Assembly: GCA_964019425.1 (NCBI GenBank)
Contig: OZ025780.1
Location: forward strand, 682,001 to 746,000
Length of the DNA stretch: 64,000 bases
Reading direction: 5' to 3'
From: Flectonema sp. DT1601
Taxonomy: Eukaryota
Shown: piece after piece, positions 57,522-64,000 of the stretch
How positions within the stretch are numbered: position 1 is the stretch's first letter
Layout: each line of letters begins with the position of its first letter
Made by a program: the position numbers and the translations under genes
Notes under the pieces: model-generated
Databases searched by the model: none
Seen by the model: only the letters and a program-made list of their open reading frames with translations
Told to the model about the DNA's origin: nothing

Positions 57522-59380
57522 CAAAATATTAATTGCTGTGCAAACATGTGCGTGGTGCTTATACTGTATGGTTTCATTTTTTAAAAATAGAAAAAAAAAA
57601 AAAAAAAAAGGTTGTTGGAAAAATTATTAATTGTTCACTGGTGTGTACGAAAATTGAGGGCAAAAAAAAAAAAAAAAAAAAAACAACTTGGCAACGCGAA
57701 GAATTCGCTCCTTCACATCACATTTATGTCTTACTGCCACAGAGTCCCAAGTTTAGAGTAAGCAAACTGAATTCTACAATTTAAATTGGTGTACTTGTTA
57801 TGTAGTTTTGGAGAGGCGACATTGACTTATGTCACGACAAACTGCGAGAAACTATGTTTTACGGAAAATCTTGAACAGCGTTACCTGCTTCATAATTCAA
57901 TATTGGCTTTTGCAAGCTCGATGTAAATATTTTACCTTTTCTTTTTTTTTTTTTCTCCAACCAATTAAAAAAAAGCAAAAAAAAAAAAAAAACATAATTA
58001 AATCAAACACACTTCTATCCCATCCCAAAGCCGCCCATCCTATCCTATCCTTCCAACACGGTGCGCATTTAATGTTCCTCACTTGTTTACGCGGACATTG
58101 CGGTTCGGCCTTTAAGGGCAGTTGTGTTGAGTTAATGCTATAACGCTCTGCCTAGTTACCTTTCAACTACCTTTTTTTTTTTTCCCCCTTTGTCTTTTTC
58201 GTTGATTTAACTTGCGAGAGAAAAAAAAAAACTTTTTTTTTTTTGTCACGAACGGAAGCTGCTCTGAGCTAACATGTTTGACGCAGGGAAAAAAATAGAA
58301 AAAAAAAACAAACAAAAAAAGATCCCAAGTTGAAAAGAAGTACTTTTGTTTGTACACAACTGACTGTTGTTTCTTCAGATAGTAGGTGGGTGGACACGGG
58401 GAATCTCATTGGTCCTCATGCGCATCCTTATATAGAAGACGAGGCAATTGGCTACCTTAAGAGAACTACTTCGGTATAAATAACGCTACGAAATTGAACT
58501 TCTTGATACGCGGCCGAGGAAGGAAAAAAAAAAAAAGCAAAAAAAAAAAAAAAAAAAACGGGAATATATTCCTGGTGAGATGTCTGTTTCTTTTTCAAAA
58601 TAATAGTTTTGTCAGGGGAGGGAAGAGGAGGGTGTAGATCACAAAATCACTCCAATTTTTTTTCCCCCCTGGTTTTCCTTTTCGTAATTATATCCCTTCT
58701 CTTACAATGAACCTTTGAGTTGTGAATGAGGTGCGACAGAACAGACGTACCATTTTTTTTCTTTTTTTCTCCCGTTTTTTTTTCCCCCTGTCATCCGCTC
58801 TATTCCTATTTTTTTTTCTCTTAAGCAAACGACTGGACAGTTTTCTTTGCAACATCAGTGCACAAGCAAAACGATTAAAAAAAAAAAAGAAAAATTAAAA
58901 AAATGCATCAAATATTTATCAAAAGGAAGAGAATTTTTTTATTTTTTTTTTTATTTTCTAACTTTTTTTTTGTTAAAAAAAAAGCTGTGCCATGGATGTA
59001 TACAGTATAAGGATTTTGCAGAACGGAGCGATCGCGTTGTCCATATAACTAATTATGCTTCTCGTTTAATCTGCGTCCCGGAAAGTGTTTCGCTTCTCAC
59101 TCATCACCCCGTCGTATCTCCCACTAGCGCCCAATCCCTGTTTCCCCAAAGAACAAATTAATATATAAAAAAATAAAAAAAAAGTGATTCGTTTTTTTTT
59201 TTTTTTTCCCTTTTTTTCCCCACCTTTAGGTTTCGTAATTTCGTTTCTCACCCACAACACGCGCACACAAAAGTCATTTTTTTTTTTAAAAAAAAAAAAA
59301 AAAAAACATTACTATAAAATATCCATAAATGATGAAGGTTTTTGTTATATGTTTTTTTTCTTTTCCTTCAGGACGTTGAT

Positions 59381-60411
59381 ATGAGTGGTCGAAGAATACG
59401 AGCCTTAGGAGTATTTAATGATGACCAAATGACAAAATTAGAAAGCGTCGGATGGGGGAAATGTAGTGACATCCTACTACAGGATTCGAAAGCCGTTTCT
59501 GAAGTGATTAGAGAGTCTGATATCAAAACGGCGGAGTTAATAAAAAAAGTTGCTCAAAAAATCCGTCCTACTTCGTCACAACTTTTATCACTAACAAGCA
59601 CTGGTAGAATCCCAACCGGCATACCAACTTTAGATAAAATGTTGAAGGGTGGTATACCTGTGGGGGTACTAGCTGAAATTGTTGGACCACCCGGAACAGG
59701 AAAAAGTCAGTTTTTAATGACAGCTGCTGCGAAGGCAACGACAACAGGTAATGTCTTGTATATCGATACTGAAGGTAAGTTCTCACATGATCGGTCTTCT
59801 GAAATTGCTGGAGAGAACACTGCTGATCGAATCCTACACTAGTATGCTACACACTCTACTCCTTGTGTATATAAAGAGATATGAATAACATAATAACACA
59901 AACAGTTATCTTCCAACTCTTGAGCTCTTTATGTCTTTTCTTGATGAGCTCGAATTACAAATTGAAGAGAATTGTATTTCTTTGGTAATCGTCGATTCAA
60001 TTGCAGCGATCATCCGCGTGAAAGACTTATCTCCAATTCAACGATCACAGCTTCTGGTTCAGCTGGCAACTACTCTTAAAGAGGTTGCGGCTAGATTCTC
60101 GTTGGTTGTCCTGTTATCAAATCAGGTATTGTATTTAAAAAAAAAACTTATTTTTTTAAAATAAATTCTTAATCTTTATATAACAATGACAGGTGACTTT
60201 GGATAACGTTCCAGCTCTTGGAACGACGTGGCATCATGCAGTCAATTACAGATTTCAGATATCTCCTCTAACCCCAGGACTTATAACTACTAATCATCGG
60301 GTACTGATGCTATCAAAGTCTCCAATCACGATAGAAGATTCATTTCGGGTCGTTATATCGAAAAGAGGAATTGTTGAATACAGTCCTGAAGACAACAACA
60401 CGACACAATGA
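59381..60411 (+). CDS. RAD51B: RAD51 paralog, RAD51B-like; exons 59381-59841, 59906-60125 and 60193-60411
   Basis: 'TGIPTLDKMLKGGIPVG', Walker A 'GPPGTGKSQ', 'YIDTE', Walker B 'LVIVDSIAA', 'NQV', 'PALGTTWHHAVNYR' and 'KSP'; both GT-AG introns restore the frame. Confidence 0.85.
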
Positions 60412-60597
60412 CAAGGTGTGTTGCTGTCCATCTCTCATCTTCTCTGCTTTTTTACTTGGCGTTTATTTAACGCTGATGGAAAAATAGCTTTCCGTTTTTC
60501 GTGTTTTTTTTTTTTGGTTGTTATTTTTTGGTTGTTATTTTTTTTTTTTTTAATCAAGTAGGTCATTTTAAGAAAAAAAAAAAAAAAAAAAAAAAAA

Positions 60598-61505
60598 ATG
60601 CCTCCAATTGGATTAAAAAATATCGTAATTGGAGGATTAATCATAGTAGGTCTATTAGCAGTGCATTATAGTCTGAAGAATCCGAAATCTGCTTGGTATG
60701 TTTTAACAAATCTTTTTTTTTTTTTTTTTGCATTCTCGGTTTTTAAGTCGGGTTCACGGGTTTTCGTGACACAAACAAAAAAAAAAACATCAACAGTATT
60801 ATATTACTGTTTTCTGTATAGTTTTAAGATAAAGCAAATTATTTTTGTTTTTTTTATAATAAATAAAAAAAAAAGACATCCAACCACACACCCCACAGCG
60901 TGCATATCTTAAACCTTTCAATGGATAAAGAAGAACGAGACAAGACTGTCGCAAAGTTAAACAGCGAAATTAATAACTTAGAAGATCAACTGAACGCTGC
61001 AAACAGAGAAAAAGTCACAAAATATGCCAAAGCATTGCAAGAGAAAACTGCAGAACTGGAGAGAACCGAAGCAGCAAGACTCGATGCACTGCAACAGCTG
61101 GCCGATTTAAAAGCCAATAATTTAAAAATAGGGGACGTCATAACAATGGAAAAGGATGGTAAAGAGATAAAAGGAACAGTCAAAGATCGTCCTCTATGCG
61201 TTTTATTCGAAGGAAGCAATGACACGGAATGCCTATACAGCAGTATTGTACCACCACAACAATCATCTCATAAACAGCAGAATGTCAATCAAGCGCTTGC
61301 TATAAGGTCAACAGAAACTGCTGTCCATCGTCTTAGTGCTAGGCTTCCACAGTCACCAACACCAGGGGATATCATAACTGTGTCTACCTCTAATAATAAG
61401 GCTATGGATACATCGATAACTCGAACTAATGGTGTTGTCGTAAACATAAATGGTGTTGAAGAATGTATTTTTCCGAAGAATAACACAAACCCAGCAGGTG
61501 CCTGA
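60598..61505 (+). CDS. Membrane-anchored coiled-coil protein with a duplicated GDxIT...ECxx unit; exons 60598-60695 and 60899-61505
   Basis: GTATGT..CCACAG intron 60696-60898 joins an N-terminal TM exon in frame to the 201-aa ORF. Confidence 0.7.
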
Positions 61506-61838
61506 TATGATCTCACCGTTACACGATGGGTTGCTTAAAGAATTGTTGATTTTAATGTACGTTTTTACTGAACTTCTCCCAGAATAAAAAAAAAAAAAAA
61601 AAAAAAAAATAAGGATCCTTTAATTATTAAGAGTAGAAAAAAAAAAGAAAAAAAAAAAGTAAGTTTATTATAATTTAATAAATGAAAGCGATAGATTTAA
61701 GGCTATAAACCAACTTTCTTTGAAACAGGTATATATTTGTTAATTACTGATTTTATTGTAGTCAATTTCTGTGTTATCATTTTTTTCTTTTTTCTTTTTT
61801 TTCAAATCACAGAACCCAGTCAACAAAACAAAACCTGC

Positions 61839-62249
61839 ATGATGAAGGTCTGCGCTAATCAGTTTGTTAAGGGCCACAATAACAATAGGCATTTGTCACC
61901 CGAAGAGATGGAAAATAATATTGGTGGTCTTCCGGTGACAGACAACAGGCTTAAAGAACTATTCAACTCCTTTGATGTAGATAACACAGGGTTCCTTGAG
62001 AAAGATGAAGTCAAACAAGTCTATAAAGAATTTGACAATTACGGAGTTGAATATACCGACAGAGAGATAGAAGCACAGATATCAAAATATGCGATCAGAG
62101 AGTATGTTGAAGTGTTTTCTTTACTATACAGTAACCAGTTGTATTCAAAAACAAAAAACTTTGAAAAAAAAAAAAAAAATCAAAACAGCGATGGAAAGGT
62201 CGACTACGATGAATTCTGTTGCATTGTTCTTTCTATTGCACAGCGGTGA
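61839..62249 (+). CDS. Small EF-hand Ca2+-binding protein; exons 61839-62101 and 62189-62249
   Basis: EF loop 'DVDNTGFLEKDE'; removing the 87-nt in-frame intron GTATGT..AAACAG (62102-62188) gives a second loop 'AIRDDGKVDYDEF'. Confidence 0.85.
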   Translation: MMKVCANQFVKGHNNNRHLSPEEMENNIGGLPVTDNRLKELFNSFDVDNTGFLEKDEVKQVYKEFDNYGVEYTDREIEAQISKYAIREYVEVFSLLYSNQLYSKTKNFEKKKKNQNSDGKVDYDEFCCIVLSIAQR

Positions 62250-62905
62250 TAGTCGTGAGAGGTGAAGGGTGTACTACTCTCGGATTTTTGTGTAAAAAAA
62301 AAAAAAAAGAAAATTGGAAAATTCCCCCCTCTTTTTTTTCTTTCTTTCCATGGTATCCTTCTTTGTTACCTTATCGACAACTGCTTCCAAATTAATATAG
62401 AGAGGGTTAGCGTTCTGAGGATCCCAATAGCCTGCAAAGGGCTATAAATGTTCTCTTCATAGTCAGTAAAAAGTAATGCCTTTGTTATTTCAGAGCTTTG
62501 CTTTGTACTTTTAAAATAAAATTAATTATATGGATCATGGTTGTAGCGCCCCTCCGATAAATTAGCAGCTCTTTATCACTTTGATAGGTGCAATGCTCTT
62601 TTAACGTCACACTGCTCTCTGGATTTGAGCTCATGGTCTCTACAGCTATGGTATTAATGATTGTCCCGTCCTTCCCTCTCGGTACTTTTTTTTTTTGTTT
62701 TTTAAAGCAGGTGGTAATTGTTTCTCTTCCCCTCCATCACTTCACGGAAGCATTCTTGCTTAACGTGGAGTTGTTTTTTTTTTTTTTTTTTGTAACTTCC
62801 GAACAGTTGAGGAAGATACAGAGATAGCTGTTCGCGCTGTTCTATAGCAGAGCTACTTACTAACTTACACACTCATTCTAATTGAGAACATCAAAAGTCG
62901 CATAG

Positions 62906-62931
62906 CTCTCTCTCTCTCTCTCTCTCTCTCT
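62906..62931. repeat. (CT)n microsatellite
   Basis: Directly visible. Confidence 0.85.
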
Positions 62932-63053
62932 TCTATTCCCGTCCAAACCACATTCCCATTCACACGATTGTTATTATTATTATAAGTAATTTAATGTGAT
63001 GATGATGTGTTTTGGTAAGTCATTAAATCTATTGTTAGAAGTTAACCATCAAT

Positions 63054-64000
63054 ATGAGTGACGTGAATGATGATACCAAGCCAGTTATTAAACGACGAAG
63101 AACAGCAGAAGAGAAAGCCAAGGCAAAGGAACATCCTGCAGTGAATCCAAATGAAAAATTATGTGATGTTTGGTTACCAAGAAAGAGACGGTTTTGTGGA
63201 TTTGGAAAACTTAGTGAAAAGTATTGTGGTCATCATGGATCGGAGCGAGTGCCGTGTACGATAAATCCAAAACATAGCGTGAAAAAATCTGATTTGAATA
63301 GTCACATAAAAATTTGCAGTGATAGACACATGTTACCTCCAACTGAACAATCATACTACAAAAAAGAAATAAATAAAGGAACCCAACCAGAGTCTTCTAC
63401 TCCACTTGACAACGACCAACAAGAAAAACTCTTACGAGAAGTTGTTCAAATTGTTGAAAATTACAATCTAACAGAAACCATTCTCACTGATATCCTTCCA
63501 TGGCCACCACAGTCTACAGTGCAGGGACCTTCAAAATCAAAATCTGTAAAACACGAATCTCAGATAGAATCATTGTTAGGTCATATGCATAAACGAGGTG
63601 TCCTTCCGTCTAATGATGTTTTTATAGGAAAAGGATCCACGACTGATGAGTCGAAAATATCTGAAAAATTAGAAGCAAAAAATCTTCCCTACGACTACAT
63701 AGAATTTGGAGCAGGTAAAGGAACTCTTGCATGTGGAGTTGCGAGAGTGTTGTACGGAGACTATGATGGAGAGCCTGGTGATGGTCATCGGGTTTATCTG
63801 ATCGATAAAAGTAATTTTAGAAGGAAATCACTTCATCCTTCATTCAGCAGACTTCAAGTAGACCTTCAGGACTTTAGTATATCTGGCATCGACAGTGTGA
63901 AACCAGTAGTAGGATTCTCAAAACATTTATGTGGAGTTGCTACCGACTACACTATTCAATCATACTTACAAAGTCCTAGTAACGTACATTCATTATTCGT
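63054..64000 (+). CDS. TRM13: tRNA:m(4)X 2'-O-methyltransferase TRM13, 3'-partial (absent from the ORF track because it runs off the window)
   Basis: Own translation: CCCH finger 'CDVWLPRKRRFC...YCGHH', CHHC finger 'RVPCTINPKHSV...LNSHIKIC', 'YIEFGAGKGTL' and 'SKHLCGVATDY'. Confidence 0.9.
   Translation, partial: MSDVNDDTKPVIKRRRTAEEKAKAKEHPAVNPNEKLCDVWLPRKRRFCGFGKLSEKYCGHHGSERVPCTINPKHSVKKSDLNSHIKICSDRHMLPPTEQSYYKKEINKGTQPESSTPLDNDQQEKLLREVVQIVENYNLTETILTDILPWPPQSTVQGPSKSKSVKHESQIESLLGHMHKRGVLPSNDVFIGKGSTTDESKISEKLEAKNLPYDYIEFGAGKGTLACGVARVLYGDYDGEPGDGHRVYLIDKSNFRRKSLHPSFSRLQVDLQDFSISGIDSVKPVVGFSKHLCGVATDYTIQSYLQSPSNVHSLF

Noticed and set aside
2108..59384. Dozens of 60-150 aa ORFs rich in poly-Phe or poly-Lys
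   Set aside because: They are translations of intergenic T and A homopolymers, mostly with non-ATG starts
59840..59842. Apparent premature TAG in the RAD51 paralog, and similar truncations in DNAL4, ECHS1 and the SNARE, suggesting stop-codon reassignment or pseudogenes
   Set aside because: Each is resolved by a GT-AG intron that restores the frame; TAA, TAG and TGA all end genes normally
6586..62249. Apparent flagellar/cyclic-nucleotide/Ca2+ signalling operon (DNAL4, PDE6D, IP3R-like, CNG-like, WDR31, EF-hand)
   Set aside because: These genes are interspersed with unrelated metabolic genes, and euglenozoan directional clusters are not generally functional operons; PDE6D is a prenyl carrier, not a phosphodiesterase

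Overview
AT-rich eukaryotic nuclear DNA with many homopolymer tracts. About 25 protein genes lie head-to-tail on the + strand. The only minus-strand items are a tRNA-Pro(CGG), a degenerate tRNA-like element and a truncated LRR fragment. This layout, together with short GT-AG introns, T-rich AG acceptors just upstream of start codons and a PTS1-bearing (-AKL) fructose-1,6-bisphosphatase, points to a euglenozoan, most likely a diplonemid (inference). The standard genetic code fits all genes. Recognisable genes: GT77-like glycosyltransferase, DNAL4, PDE6D, a very large IP3-receptor-family channel, a tandem pair of type-I membrane proteins, peroxisomal 2,4-dienoyl-CoA reductase, FBPase, a Q-rich La-motif protein, a CNG/HCN-like channel, WDR31, a DUF6492-like GT-A protein, enoyl-CoA hydratase, a secreted IAG-type nucleoside hydrolase, gluconokinase, a Qc-SNARE, an ammonium transporter, RAD51B-like, an EF-hand protein and TRM13. 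Four signals stand out. (1) The IP3R-like channel carries two tandem cyclic-nucleotide-binding-like domains in its cytosolic region. (2) There appear to be two acceptor grammars: cis-intron 3' ends are A/C-rich with no polypyrimidine tract, while pre-ATG (putative trans-splice) acceptors are T-rich. (3) A tRNA-like B-box element points away from a hairpin-dense candidate ncRNA at the start of an 8-kb gene-free gap. (4) The ammonium transporter is fused to a long tail ending in a Zn ribbon. All domain calls come from motif reading by eye, not from database searches.
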